DNA of 56,666 bases from NCBI GenBank assembly GCA_031278395.1, contig JAITKM010000013.1:1-56666 (forward strand), in the 5' to 3' direction. Both the position numbers and the translations under genes were made by a program. The stretch comes from Deltaproteobacteria bacterium. Lineage in GTDB: Bacteria; Bdellovibrionota_C; UBA2361; SZUA-149; JAITKM01. The notes below the pieces were generated by a model. It saw only the letters and a program-made list of their open reading frames with translations. It did not search any database and had not been told where the DNA came from. Shown one piece after another: positions 37,603-48,021 of the stretch; position 1 is the first letter of the stretch; each line of letters starts with the position of its first letter.

Positions 37603-38112
37603 TTACATATGATCTAAAAGTATTTTATTTAAACCACCTGTGCCCAGCAAAATCACCCACGAGTAGGCTCCAGCATAAACCCCAGCAGCAACATCATCTA
37701 ATGTGATTCCATATCCACCTGTTAACTTTTCTAATCTATTAGCAGGATAAAATTTCTTAATGTCAAAGAGGCGAAAAAATAAAAACGCTAAAATAAAACT
37801 AAAATATGTCCAGGGTAAAATAGAAATTGCCACAAAAAAACCAGCAAATTCGTCAATCACTATTGAATTCGGATCTTGATTGTCGCCGTAAAGCTTTAAT
37901 TTTAAAGCTTCATTACTAACATATATTGAAAGCCAGATAATCAGCAGCGCCAGTGGAATAGTTACAATATATGACGGATTTAAATTAAAACTAAACTTTA
38001 ATACCGAAACAATAACTAATGCGGCAATGGTTCCACAAGTTCCAGGTGCAATCGGTGATTTCCCAGAATAAAAGCCGGTAGCCAGAAAATCAATAAGTTG
38101 TGATTTATTCAT
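37603..38112 (-). CDS. pgpA: Phosphatidylglycerophosphatase A
   Basis: 169 aa. PgpA-family motifs GTCGTIAALVI and ITLDDVAAGVYAG, with membrane topology. Confidence 0.8.
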   Translation of the reverse strand: MNKSQLIDFLATGFYSGKSPIAPGTCGTIAALVIVSVLKFSFNLNPSYIVTIPLALLIIWLSIYVSNEALKLKLYGDNQDPNSIVIDEFAGFFVAISILPWTYFSFILAFLFFRLFDIKKFYPANRLEKLTGGYGITLDDVAAGVYAGAYSWVILLGTGGLNKILLDHM

Positions 38113-38132
38113 ATCTTGAAAAGATTTAAGTT

Positions 38133-39425
38133 TTATCCAAGCAATCTATCTAAAATAATTGCCGCAGCACTGCGGACAGATAAATGATTGTATCTACCAC
38201 ATCCTAAAATCGGGTCAAGTCTATATTTCGCTAGCTCCATAACTTCATTTGCTAGTCCCCAGCCTGTCCCAAAAAGAATTAAGAACGGATGATCAGTTTC
38301 AGCAATGATTTCCCTCAGATTCTCATAACTTATTGTGTCACTTCCGCTGCGAGCGGAGGTTGTTACAATAATTGGTGTTTTACCATTACGATTTCTTAAA
38401 TCTAAAATAACATCTTCAATAGTTGGCAAAATCTTTAGTAAAGCTAGCGCCTCTTTGCGATTAGGATTGTAAGTTGAGCCATATCCAGTATTCCAATGTT
38501 CAAAGATTTTTTCTGATAAGCGTCGTAATATTTTTGTTGGATGAACTATATACAGCGCATCAACATCAAAAGTTTTACATGAGCGGGCGACATCGTGCAG
38601 ATCAATATTGGTAATTGATGAAGTAATAATTTCTCCATTTTTGCCTAAGACAGGATAGTGGATTAAAGCTAATGAGATGTTTGGATTGTTAACTTTGGGC
38701 ACTAATTGTTTAGAATGAATTGCTTTTTGATAAAGATCAGGACGGCGTTCTTGAGTGATTTTTAGGGCTTGTTCTTTTTGCCAATTTTGAATTTCTTGGT
38801 GGTTACCAGACAGGAGAACTGTCGGAACACTCAAGCCTTCATAGACATTCGGTTTTGTATATTGTGGATATTCAAGCAAATAATTTTCAAAAGATTCGTT
38901 TTTGATTGATTCTGGATTACCTAAAACTCCAGGCAACAAACGGCAAATGCTTTCCATGAATGCCATAGCCGGGACTTCGCCACCCATGAGAATGTAGTCG
39001 CCTAGGCTTATTTCAAGGTCGACATAATGTTGAATAATGCGTTCGTCCACACCTTCATAGCGAGTACATAAAATAATGAAATCTGTATTTTGCTCTTTAC
39101 TGGCTTGGGTTAGTTCTAATTTTTTTACTAACTCTTGGTTAAAAGTTTTTCCGCGTGGACTAAAGAGAACGATTTTTGCATTAGGTAATTTTTTTTTGGC
39201 ATATTTAATTGCTGTAACCGCAGGTTCAATTCGCAAAATCATACCTGAACCGCCGCCATATGGAGTATCGTCAATTTGTCCGTGTGTGTTAATTGCAAAA
39301 TCTCTAAGTTGTGTAGTTTCAATCTTAATTTTGTTTTCATTTATTGCCCGTGAGATAAGCCCAAATTTTTTAAACGGCTCAAATAATTCTGGGAAAATAG
39401 TTAAGATTTGAAAATTGATTGGCAT
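38133..39425 (-). CDS. trmD: tRNA (guanine37-N1)-methyltransferase TrmD fused to a second C-terminal SPOUT (SpoU/TM1570-like) domain
   Basis: 430 aa. Residues 1-~235 are canonical TrmD (ILTIFPELFEPF, GGGSGMILRIEP, YEGVDERI, GDYILMGGEVPAMAF). Residues ~240-430 carry SpoU-like motifs (NIDLHDVARSCKTFDV; LILFGTGWGL; GCGRYNHLSVRSAAAIILDRL). Confidence 0.8.
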   Translation of the reverse strand: MPINFQILTIFPELFEPFKKFGLISRAINENKIKIETTQLRDFAINTHGQIDDTPYGGGSGMILRIEPAVTAIKYAKKKLPNAKIVLFSPRGKTFNQELVKKLELTQASKEQNTDFIILCTRYEGVDERIIQHYVDLEISLGDYILMGGEVPAMAFMESICRLLPGVLGNPESIKNESFENYLLEYPQYTKPNVYEGLSVPTVLLSGNHQEIQNWQKEQALKITQERRPDLYQKAIHSKQLVPKVNNPNISLALIHYPVLGKNGEIITSSITNIDLHDVARSCKTFDVDALYIVHPTKILRRLSEKIFEHWNTGYGSTYNPNRKEALALLKILPTIEDVILDLRNRNGKTPIIVTTSARSGSDTISYENLREIIAETDHPFLILFGTGWGLANEVMELAKYRLDPILGCGRYNHLSVRSAAAIILDRLLG

Positions 39426-39565
39426 AAAATTCTATATCCATGTTTGGGAGTTATATAGTCAAGCTCCATTAGTTCCTACGGATCACAAGCATAAAGTATA
39501 AAGAAAGTGCCTCCTAGCTTGCAACTTAGCATCAGCTAAGTCAAAACCTTTAGGAGACACAAATT

Positions 39566-40315
39566 CTAAAACCTTTTGGTCACGGGATTACTTCTTTGAT
39601 TAACTTGGTTAATCAAAAAACTGTGACTCTCAAAGCCTAAAAACTTGTTTCCATACATTGTCGGATTCAGCAATCGGTTAGATTGCTGTTTCCCGTTAGT
39701 AAGGAAACATTCGTTGTTGATAGTTTTTACTTCGTATTTTTCAACAAAGTTAGTATTGTTTTGCAGTAAGGGTATTGCCGCAAACACCAGCATTAAAATT
39801 ACTGGCATTACGCCAAGTTCGCCATTTGTTGGATTAAATACGTCTGTCGCGTATTGAGCTAAGCTCCCAACATGAACTTGGTTATGCCAAACATATTGCT
39901 TACAGTTAACAATATCCTTATTGATTCTACCTATTGTTATATAAGTGTCATCAATAAAGAGACATTGTTCACTGTTTTTGCCCTTTCCTTTACCAATAAG
40001 GGAGTTTCCTAATTTTGAAACTAGAGGAGTAATCTCTGTTCCAAAATCTTTTTTCATCAAGTCTATTATGGCTTGAATATGGTCTTGTCCTTCTTGTATC
40101 TCACATCCGGGAATAATGATTCCTCCATGATGATTAGGTAGTTTTAGGAGAGGGTGATTGTTAGTTGAAACTAACGAAATCCCTCCGTTTTCATAAACTG
40201 CTAACCAAACCCGGCGGATTTTGGGCAGAGTTTCAAAAATCATTTGGTTCTCAATCCTAGGCTCGTAAAGTTTAAGAGCTTGATGGGATGAAAACACTCG
40301 TATTCTTTTACCCAT
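39566..40315 (-). CDS. Hypothetical protein (weak Nudix-like segment, C-terminal TM helix)
   Basis: 249 aa. GGIIIPGCEIQEGQDHIQAIIDLMKKDFG loosely resembles a degenerate Nudix box, but REx2EE is absent. Confidence 0.3.
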   Translation of the reverse strand: MGKRIRVFSSHQALKLYEPRIENQMIFETLPKIRRVWLAVYENGGISLVSTNNHPLLKLPNHHGGIIIPGCEIQEGQDHIQAIIDLMKKDFGTEITPLVSKLGNSLIGKGKGKNSEQCLFIDDTYITIGRINKDIVNCKQYVWHNQVHVGSLAQYATDVFNPTNGELGVMPVILMLVFAAIPLLQNNTNFVEKYEVKTINNECFLTNGKQQSNRLLNPTMYGNKFLGFESHSFLINQVNQRSNPVTKRF

Positions 40316-40446
40316 GATAAAAATCCTTCCAGACGTGATTGTCTAAAAAAGAGTGATTCACAACTTGTTTTGCAAAGTATAACTACAAGTCATACAAACA
40401 ATTGTGTTTGATACGGCTTATAGAGCTATTGCTTTATAAAGTAAAG

Positions 40447-40612
40447 TTTTCTGGTTTTTCTAGTTATTTTTTGGGGTATGGGGTATGAGGTTGTTTTATT
40501 TTTCTTATTTTTTAGTACCTTGAATATCTGCAACATAGTTAATTTATTTTGTATTTTCTTAAAAGTTAAAAAATAAAAGTAACCCGGTACCAAAAAAAGC
40601 CCAAATAAAAAC
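40447..40612. mobile_element. MITE-like palindromic repeat element, copy C
   Basis: TTTTCTGG...GGGGTATGGGGTATGAGGTTGTTTT (40473-40497), AT-rich core, then AAAGTAACCCGGTACCA (40576-40592) followed by an A-run. Overlaps the spurious ORF 40426..40614. Confidence 0.75.
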
Positions 40613-40625
40613 AATCCTCCACTAA

Positions 40626-42002
40626 TTACCGCAAGTATAATTTTTCAATTTCTTCTGCATTTCGTGGTATGCCTTTGGATAAGACTTCGCAGGCAGTGCG
40701 AGTAATTAAGATATCTTCCTCAATTCTAATACCAATACCGCGATATTTCTTCGGCACGGTTTTGTCATTAAGATCAAAATATAAACCTGGTTCGATGGTG
40801 AACACATTACCAGCTACTAATGGCATATCATAAACTTGTTTGAAATTATTGTTATTTAACTCATAAAGCGGTTCAATATCGTGTGTATTTAACCCAAGAG
40901 GATGTCCAGATCTGTGCATGTAAAAGAACTTATATGCGCCATCTTTAACAAGTTTTGCAACTTTGCCTTTTTTTAAAACACCTAATTCAAGCAGACCTTC
41001 AGTTAGACTAATACAAATTGCATAATGAATTTCTGTCAAAGTTTTTTTAGGCTTAGCGTTTTTTATACCGACTTCCAAGGCTCTAAGCACTATATTATAG
41101 ACTGCCTTTTGCTCTTTTGTAAAAACTCCTGAGACTGGAACAGTTCTAGTAACATCACCGCAATAGCCGCTAAATTTTGCTCCAGTATCGATCAGAACTA
41201 ATTCTTTTTTAGGTAGAGGTTTATTAGTAGGCATATGGTGCAAAGTTGTGGCATTTTTTCCGCCTGCGACAATAGTAGGGAAGGCAAGGTTTTCTGCTCC
41301 TAGTTTAAAGTACTCGCGTTCTAATGCTGTGGCGCAGTCTCTTTCGCTTGAAAAAGTTTTTAATTGTGTAATAGTGTTTCGTAAGCCTTGAGTAGTAATT
41401 TTTGCTGCTTGCTTTAAGCAAGAAATTTCATACTGGTTTTTGATCCAGCGCATTTTAGCAGTCAGTAGTCTTGAATCTGAGAGTGTATTAGGATAGTTGA
41501 CACGTGGAGCAGTTGTGCTTTTTAAAAGTGTAAAAACAATGTTATCAAAGCTATCGTTATTTCCAAGTGCATAATGCAAAGTGCTTGCTCCAACCAGATA
41601 TTTACGAAGTCCGTCGATTATGTTCTGAATATCTAGAACGTCGTTAAACTTTAAAATTTTTTTGGCTTTAGCAATGCCTAATATTTGACCAGTCCAGCGT
41701 TCTTGTGCAGGAGCTTTATCCTTAATAAAAAGAAGAGATTTCATACCATATTTTTTGGTGTTAATTAGTAAGATGGCAGCGTTTGGTTCGTTTATACCGG
41801 TCAAGTAAAAAAAATCTGCTTCTTGTTGAAAGGGGAAGTTTTGATCTCTGTCGCTGGTTTGTTCTTTAGCGGCACAGAATAAAGCCACGCCATTAGGGAT
41901 TTGTTTTAAGATTTTAACTCTGCGTGTTTGATAAATTTTTTCAAGTTGTTTCATAATTATCATGTTGGTTTGTTTGTAAAAAAAACTCTGTTCGCTTAGC
42001 AT
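40626..42002 (-). CDS. pepP: Xaa-Pro aminopeptidase (M24B family)
   Basis: 458 aa. N-terminal creatinase-like domain. C-terminal pita-bread fold with metal ligands (DTGAKFSGYCGD, HRSGHPLGLNTHD, EPGLY, EEDIL). The true start may be an internal Met (MIIMKQLEKI). Confidence 0.8.
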   Translation of the reverse strand: MLSEQSFFYKQTNMIIMKQLEKIYQTRRVKILKQIPNGVALFCAAKEQTSDRDQNFPFQQEADFFYLTGINEPNAAILLINTKKYGMKSLLFIKDKAPAQERWTGQILGIAKAKKILKFNDVLDIQNIIDGLRKYLVGASTLHYALGNNDSFDNIVFTLLKSTTAPRVNYPNTLSDSRLLTAKMRWIKNQYEISCLKQAAKITTQGLRNTITQLKTFSSERDCATALEREYFKLGAENLAFPTIVAGGKNATTLHHMPTNKPLPKKELVLIDTGAKFSGYCGDVTRTVPVSGVFTKEQKAVYNIVLRALEVGIKNAKPKKTLTEIHYAICISLTEGLLELGVLKKGKVAKLVKDGAYKFFYMHRSGHPLGLNTHDIEPLYELNNNNFKQVYDMPLVAGNVFTIEPGLYFDLNDKTVPKKYRGIGIRIEEDILITRTACEVLSKGIPRNAEEIEKLYLR

Positions 42003-42517
42003 TGAAAAAAAATCTTAGTCAAGAAGATATATTCAACTCGCGCAATACGCAGCACCATTGACGGGCAACGACAAAAACCGCGCTCTGATAAAAGTACAGG
42101 GTTTGTTCGTATGTTTATCCTATCCAGCGAGGTTGATAAGGATGTTGCTGCAAAGCACGACCAGAATAATTTTGCTATTATGAAGATTCTTCGTAAATAT
42201 TCACCTGCGATAGTGAGATCATATTATCGTATCTGCTTTCCACATTTTTTCTGGTTGATGATGCCACTATAGCAGTAAAAACATGGTAGTTCAGGCTAGT
42301 TAGGTGTTCTTAAAAAAAGTTTGTCTTTTTATATAAATTTTGCTAGGAAAGCGAAAATTTTTAAGTCGTCATAACAATGACTTTAAATTTTAGGTTATTT
42401 TAGGTTTTTTGTTCTTAATCCTTGGGGTTGTATTTTTTAGTCCTAGCTTTAATTACCCTTGCATTGGTTATTTTTCGGTTGTCATTTGAATGGACAGCCA
42501 CGCTATTTTTTTAAACT

Positions 42518-43003
42518 ATGGCTTTTTTGCATGAACAAAATAAGTTGTGGCAACACATCGAAAGTCTAGCTCGGGAACTTGAATTTACGATTTATGATTT
42601 AGAGAAACGCGGCAGAGGAAAGATTATTGTAAGTATCAATAAAGCGACAAAAGCTACAGCTGTTACTAGTGAGGATTGCTCTAAGCTGGTTCGCAAATTA
42701 ATGAATGATTTTCTGATAACTGGTGAAAGTTTTGGATTAACCAACGAGCCAGAAATAGAAGTTTGTTCGCCAGGAATTAACCGCATTTTACGCTTATCTC
42801 AGCACTTTATGAATGCGCTAGGGGAGCGAGTAAAAATAATTGTGCAAGCCGCAGGCACAAAAAATGGGACTATTTTGTTAGTTGGTAACTTAATTGCCTC
42901 AGATGGTAAAACAGCTTGCGTAGCTGATGAACAAACCAAAAAAGAAGTTAGTTTTTTACTGGAAGATGTTAAGTCAGCCAGAATAGATTTTAAGTTTGAT
43001 TAA
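42518..43003 (+). CDS. rimP: Ribosome maturation factor RimP
   Basis: 161 aa. RimP-like EVCSPGINRILRL motif and domain order. It lies directly upstream of nusA, the conserved operon position. Confidence 0.8.
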   Translation: MAFLHEQNKLWQHIESLARELEFTIYDLEKRGRGKIIVSINKATKATAVTSEDCSKLVRKLMNDFLITGESFGLTNEPEIEVCSPGINRILRLSQHFMNALGERVKIIVQAAGTKNGTILLVGNLIASDGKTACVADEQTKKEVSFLLEDVKSARIDFKFD

Positions 43004-43024
43004 TGTTTTGATTAACGGTGAAAT

Positions 43025-44518
43025 ATGGGAATACGTTTTGATTTAGACCAAATAGTTGGACAAGTTGGAAAAGATAAAGGCATTGATAAAGAAGTTCTGA
43101 TTAAGGCTTTGGAATCAGCTGTCTTAAGTGCGGCAAAAAAACATTATGGGCATGGGCGAAACCTTGAGGCGTCTTATAATCCAGACTTGGGTGAGATTGA
43201 AGTCTTAGAGTTTAGAACAGTTGTTGAGGAAGTTAAAGATTCGGCTACACAGATGACTTTAGAAACTGCCCGCAAAGAATATGATGCTGATTCTGAAATT
43301 GGAGATGAGTTAGGACGCAAGCTAAACTCGTCAGAATTAGGACGTATTGCAGCCCAAACAGCTAAACAAGTTATTATTCAAAAATTGCGTGAAGCAGAAC
43401 GAGATATTATTTTTAACGAATTCAGAGGACGCAAAGGTGAACTAGTCAATGGTATTGTGCAACGTTTTGAAAAGGGAAACTTGATTGTCAATTTAGGGCG
43501 AACTGATGCAATTTTGCCTGAACGTGAACAAATAAAAAAGGAACGATATCGACAAGGGGATAGAATTAGAGCCATGATTTTGGAGATTGATCCACATTCA
43601 CGTAGTTCGCAGGTAATTTTAACACGAAGTCATCCTGAATTTATGCGTCGGCTTTTTGAACAAGAAGTGCCAGAAATTAATGAAGGTACAATTGAAGTTA
43701 AGGGACTGGTTCGCGAAGCTGGCGAGAGAGCCAAAATTGCCGTTTCATCATCTGACCCTAATCTCGATGCAACAGGGGCTTGTATTGGTCTTAAAGGTTG
43801 CCGCGTGCAAGCGGTAACTAATGAATTAAAAGGTGAAAAGGTGGATATTGTAGCTTGGTCTGCAGATGCTCCAACCTTCGTTTCTAAGGCTCTATTTCAA
43901 GATGGCTCTAAAGATATTGAGAGAATTTTAGTCGATGAGGATGAACATTCTATGGAAGTAATTGTGCAGGACGCAAAATTAGCTCAAGCAATTGGTAAGC
44001 GCGGTTCAAATGTAAAGCTGGCTTCAAAATTAACTGGCTGGCGAATTGATGTGCGAAGTTTATCTGCAGTTGAGGAGGAACAAAAAGCAGCTCGTGCGGC
44101 TTTGGAATCCATCCCAGGCATTGGGTTTGGCGAATCCGAGTTGTTATTTCAGGAAGGTTACCAAACTATTCGGGATGTAGCATATGCGGCAGTTGAGGAA
44201 TTACAAGCCATTGAAGGTATTGATAATGCAAGAGTTGAGTCGATTATCCAAGAAGCTAGAAATTATCTTGATCTTCATAAAGACGAAGAAGAGAAACGGG
44301 ATAAACATCGCAGATTTAGTGATATTGATCAGCTGATTTTGCCAGAAGATACGAAAGAGATTTTGATTTTATGTGGCTATAATCGAATCCAACTTTTGGC
44401 AGATATCACAGCAGATGAATTGATTGAACAAACTGGCATGAATCGTAAGGAAGCCGAAGTTGTTGCAGACGCGGTGGATAAATTTTTAAAGGCACAAACA
44501 TCGTCTATTAATGGCTAA
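43025..44518 (+). CDS. nusA: Transcription termination/antitermination factor NusA
   Basis: 497 aa. N-terminal domain, S1, two KH domains (GxxG: LKGCRVQ, IGKRGSNVKL) and a C-terminal acidic repeat region. Confidence 0.92.
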   Translation: MGIRFDLDQIVGQVGKDKGIDKEVLIKALESAVLSAAKKHYGHGRNLEASYNPDLGEIEVLEFRTVVEEVKDSATQMTLETARKEYDADSEIGDELGRKLNSSELGRIAAQTAKQVIIQKLREAERDIIFNEFRGRKGELVNGIVQRFEKGNLIVNLGRTDAILPEREQIKKERYRQGDRIRAMILEIDPHSRSSQVILTRSHPEFMRRLFEQEVPEINEGTIEVKGLVREAGERAKIAVSSSDPNLDATGACIGLKGCRVQAVTNELKGEKVDIVAWSADAPTFVSKALFQDGSKDIERILVDEDEHSMEVIVQDAKLAQAIGKRGSNVKLASKLTGWRIDVRSLSAVEEEQKAARAALESIPGIGFGESELLFQEGYQTIRDVAYAAVEELQAIEGIDNARVESIIQEARNYLDLHKDEEEKRDKHRRFSDIDQLILPEDTKEILILCGYNRIQLLADITADELIEQTGMNRKEAEVVADAVDKFLKAQTSSING

Positions 44519-44876
44519 GCTTGAGAAAAAAACACAACGAACTTGTGTTGTATGTAAACAAAAAGCTGATAAAGCTAGTTTATTGCGGTTTGTGCAAGTA
44601 AGAAATAGAAGTGGTAAGCTGCTAGTTACAGAGCAATTTCAGCAGCGGGCAGCTAGTTCTCAGGATAACCAACTAAATTATGAAGTTTTAAAAAAGATAG
44701 AAGATAAAACAATGCCAAAGGTTATGTTTGATGAACTACAAAAAATGTCGGGACGTTCTGCGTATTGTCATAATCAGCCAGAGTGTTTGGGCTCAGCAAG
44801 GGTTACAAGATTTATTTCTGGTAGTTTAAATAGAGGCAGATACAATAGGAAAAACATTAGGAAGAAGAAACGGTAA
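44511..44876 (+). CDS. YlxR/DUF448-family RNA-binding protein
   Basis: 121 aa. RTCVVCKQKADKASLLRFV signature. Lies between nusA and infB in the conserved position. Overlaps the nusA stop by 8 bp. Confidence 0.75.
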   Translation: MAKLEKKTQRTCVVCKQKADKASLLRFVQVRNRSGKLLVTEQFQQRAASSQDNQLNYEVLKKIEDKTMPKVMFDELQKMSGRSAYCHNQPECLGSARVTRFISGSLNRGRYNRKNIRKKKR

Positions 44877-44884
44877 ATAAATTT

Positions 44885-47623
44885 ATGGCAAAACTTAGAA
44901 TTCACGAACTTGCTAAAGAATTAGGACTTGAAAATAAGGACCTCTTAGAGCTTTGTGCAAAGATTGGCTTGAGTGGTAAGACCTCTCATTCTAATACTCT
45001 GACGGATGATGAAGCAGATAAATTGCGACGGGCTGTTTTGCGCCAAGCTGTTGGTGGTAGTGTGGGTATAGCTAAAGACGTAGAGCGTGAAGATGGTAAA
45101 TTCACAGAAAGGCGCCTTGGTGGCAATATTATTAGACGTAGAAAAAGAGAAGATACGCCAGAAGATAAGGAAGAAAAAATTGATCTCAATGCCGAAGCTC
45201 TCCAGAATGAGCCTCAATTTGCGGTTTCTGTGCCAAATTTTGCGGATGAAAAAGCCATACGCGATCAAGCGTTAGCCTCGGCGGACGCGTTGTTTGAAGA
45301 AGAAACCCCACCTACTGTTGAGCCAGAAAGTGCAAAAGTAGAGCCAACGTGGTCAGAATTAGATTTATTTCCAACAGAACCAGTAGCAACGGATAATGAT
45401 GCGGTCGTTGCTATGCCGGAAGTTCAAGAGTTACCACAATTATCTTCAGAGGAATTATTAGCCAAAGAACGCACTAATAAACTTAATGCGATTCGTGAAA
45501 GACACGGTGTTAAAGCGCCTAATGTTTTGGGAACCATTGTTTTACCAACAGTTCCTGGTTTTGAGAAAAAAGAGAGTGAAGAAATAACTAAAAAAGAGAA
45601 GCTCAAATCCAAAACTAGTGCCGCCAAAAACAAAGATAAAAAAGGGCTCAAGGGTAAAGACTTTGATGAGCTTGACGAAACACCAAAATTTCAAAAGAAA
45701 ACTAAGCGTAAGGTGCTTGAAAAAGACGATTTGGTTGATATGGATGACGAGTCTAGTTGGCGCACTGCTAGATTAAGAGAGAGAAATAAAAAGAAACAAG
45801 AAAAGGTCAAAACGGCGGAGCAGCCTTTGGCTAATGAAATGCGTGCCTCGAAGAAAGTTATTAAGATGCAAAATGAAATTATTGTTAGCGAGCTGGCAAA
45901 AAGCATGCAGGTAAAGTCGGGTGAGATTATTAAAAAATTAATGTCACTTGGGGTTTTGGCGAGTATTAACCAACTAATTGATTTTGAAACAGCTGAACTA
46001 ATTGCTAGCGAATATGGCTATAGCATAACTAAAGTGGGGGATGAGGAAGACGAGTTAGGAATTTTAGCTGAGTTAAAGCAGTTAGATGCAGAGGAAAATT
46101 TAATCCTCAGACCGCCAGTAGTTACAATTATGGGGCATGTTGACCATGGTAAAACAACATTATTGGACGCCATTCGTAATTCATCTGTGACTGCAAGCGA
46201 GGCTGGTGGAATTACGCAACATATTGGAGCTTACAAGGTAACAACTAAATCTGGTGGGCAGGTAACATTTATCGATACGCCAGGGCATGCCGCATTTACT
46301 GAAATGCGTGGACGTGGGGCAAAAGTTACGGATATTGTCGTGTTAGTTGTGGCGGCTGACGACGGTATTATGCCACAAACAATTGAGGCAATTAATCATG
46401 CTAAAGCGGCAAGCGTGCCGATTATTGTGGCGATTAATAAGATAGACAAGCCCGGCGCAAATATTGAAAAAACTAAACAACAGCTTACCGAGTATGAACT
46501 AGTTCCAGAAGATTGGGGCGGACAAACCATTATTTGTCCGGTTTCTGCAAAAAGTAAGGAAGGATTGGATAATTTGCTTGAAAACTTAGCCTTGCAAGCT
46601 GAAATTTTGGAGTTAAAAGCTAATCCAAACCGTTCGGCAATTGGAACAGTCATCGAATCTAAAGTTGATAAAGGACGTGGTCCGGTTACTACAATTCTAG
46701 TGCAGAATGGGACTTTGGAAAAAGGCGATGCATTTATTGCAGGCATAACTTGGGGAAAGGTGCGGGCGATGAGTTCATATGATGGGAAAAGTATTACTGC
46801 TGCTACGCCAAGTATGCCGGTTGAAATTTTGGGAGCTGAATCTGCGCCGTTAGCTGGTGAAGAATTTTTAGTGATTAAGTCCGAAGCTGCTGCGCGCCGG
46901 ATTGCTGAAATTAGGCAAAGTCGTGCCAGACTTAAAGATTTAGCCCACAAAAGCGGTGGTGTTGGCGCGCCGCTGACTTTGGATTATTTTGCTGAGATTA
47001 CTGGTAATGCAGATAAGAAAGAATTGAATTTAATTATTAAAGCCGATGTTCAAGGCTCAGTTGAAGCTGTTTCGCAGGCTTTAGAGAGGCTGACAAATAA
47101 TGAAGTTACTGTAAGAGTTTTGCATAAAGCAGTCGGAGCAGTAAATGAAAATGATATTCAGTTAGCGCTGGCTTCCAATGCCATATTAATTGCCTTTAAT
47201 ATTCGGGCAGATGCACGAGCTACAGAACTGGCGGAAAAGTCTGGAGTAGAAATTCGGTATTCAAGAATTATTTATGAATTAATCGAAAATATTGAAGCTG
47301 CTCTCAAGGGCTTTAAAGCTCCGGTGTTTAAAGAAAATATTTTAGGTCGAGTGGAAGTTCGGCAGACTTTTAAAGTTCCAAAGATTGGGATTATTGCCGG
47401 GTGTTATATAACGAGTGGTATGGTTAAACGTAACTCGCTATTACGATTGCTGCGAGATAATGTTGTTGTGTTTGAAGGGAAGATGGCGAGTTTAAGAAGA
47501 GCTAAAGATGATGTGAAGGAAGTTCAGGCAGGGTATGAATGCGGTATAGGTATTGAGGGGTATCATGATTTTAAAGAGGGTGACGTTTTAGAAGTTTATG
47601 TCATGGAGCAGGTCGAGGTCTAA
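44885..47623 (+). CDS. infB: Translation initiation factor IF-2
   Basis: 912 aa. Charged low-complexity N-terminal region. G domain [22 protein letters not shown]-terminal beta-barrels. Confidence 0.95.
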   Translation: MAKLRIHELAKELGLENKDLLELCAKIGLSGKTSHSNTLTDDEADKLRRAVLRQAVGGSVGIAKDVEREDGKFTERRLGGNIIRRRKREDTPEDKEEKIDLNAEALQNEPQFAVSVPNFADEKAIRDQALASADALFEEETPPTVEPESAKVEPTWSELDLFPTEPVATDNDAVVAMPEVQELPQLSSEELLAKERTNKLNAIRERHGVKAPNVLGTIVLPTVPGFEKKESEEITKKEKLKSKTSAAKNKDKKGLKGKDFDELDETPKFQKKTKRKVLEKDDLVDMDDESSWRTARLRERNKKKQEKVKTAEQPLANEMRASKKVIKMQNEIIVSELAKSMQVKSGEIIKKLMSLGVLASINQLIDFETAELIASEYGYSITKVGDEEDELGILAELKQLDAEENLILRPPVVTIMGHVDHGKTTLLDAIRNSSVTASEAGGITQHIGAYKVTTKSGGQVTFIDTPGHAAFTEMRGRGAKVTDIVVLVVAADDGIMPQTIEAINHAKAASVPIIVAINKIDKPGANIEKTKQQLTEYELVPEDWGGQTIICPVSAKSKEGLDNLLENLALQAEILELKANPNRSAIGTVIESKVDKGRGPVTTILVQNGTLEKGDAFIAGITWGKVRAMSSYDGKSITAATPSMPVEILGAESAPLAGEEFLVIKSEAAARRIAEIRQSRARLKDLAHKSGGVGAPLTLDYFAEITGNADKKELNLIIKADVQGSVEAVSQALERLTNNEVTVRVLHKAVGAVNENDIQLALASNAILIAFNIRADARATELAEKSGVEIRYSRIIYELIENIEAALKGFKAPVFKENILGRVEVRQTFKVPKIGIIAGCYITSGMVKRNSLLRLLRDNVVVFEGKMASLRRAKDDVKEVQAGYECGIGIEGYHDFKEGDVLEVYVMEQVEV

Positions 47624-47626
47624 TTT

Positions 47627-48019
47627 ATGTTTCGTAAAGAAAGAGTTAGTGAAGTTTTGTTAGGTTTTTTAGCGCAAGCAGTGCGTGAACTTGAAGATGC
47701 GCGTTTGATGTTGGTTACAATTACAGACGTGCGGGTATCGTCTGATTTAAAGTATGCTCAAGTTTTTTGGTCAATGCCGATTTGGAATACTGTTAAAAAC
47801 GGTAGCCAAGAAGTTAGAGTTTTAAGCTTTCCAAATCCAGTTCAACAAGCGCAACTTAACAAAATTTTTGATGAATATAAAAATAACCTCAAAAGCCAAA
47901 TTGCTAAGGAGTTAAATCTACGTTATACGCCGGAACTGTATTTTGAATATGATTTTTCTGAAGAACAAGGGACTAAGATTGATAGGACGATTGATAATAT
48001 TTTGAATAATCAAAGATAG
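47627..48019 (+). CDS. rbfA: Ribosome-binding factor A
   Basis: 130 aa. RbfA-like KH fold sequence (LVTITDVRVSSDLKYAQVFWS). Conserved position after infB. Confidence 0.8.
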   Translation: MFRKERVSEVLLGFLAQAVRELEDARLMLVTITDVRVSSDLKYAQVFWSMPIWNTVKNGSQEVRVLSFPNPVQQAQLNKIFDEYKNNLKSQIAKELNLRYTPELYFEYDFSEEQGTKIDRTIDNILNNQR

Positions 48020-48021
48020 GT

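Noticed and set aside
40426-40614. 62-aa minus-strand ORF
   Set aside because: It lies within MITE-like copy C and is the translation of repeat DNA.
42003-42517. tRNA-fMet (metY) upstream of rimP, as in E. coli
   Set aside because: No T-loop (GGTTCRAATCC), anticodon-loop or CCA-acceptor-like sequences were found by eye.
44945-46950. Several minus-strand ORFs (107, 67, 75, 71 and 184 aa) inside infB
   Set aside because: They are antisense shadow ORFs within a strongly supported infB CDS. Their proteins are Ser/Leu-rich and low-complexity.
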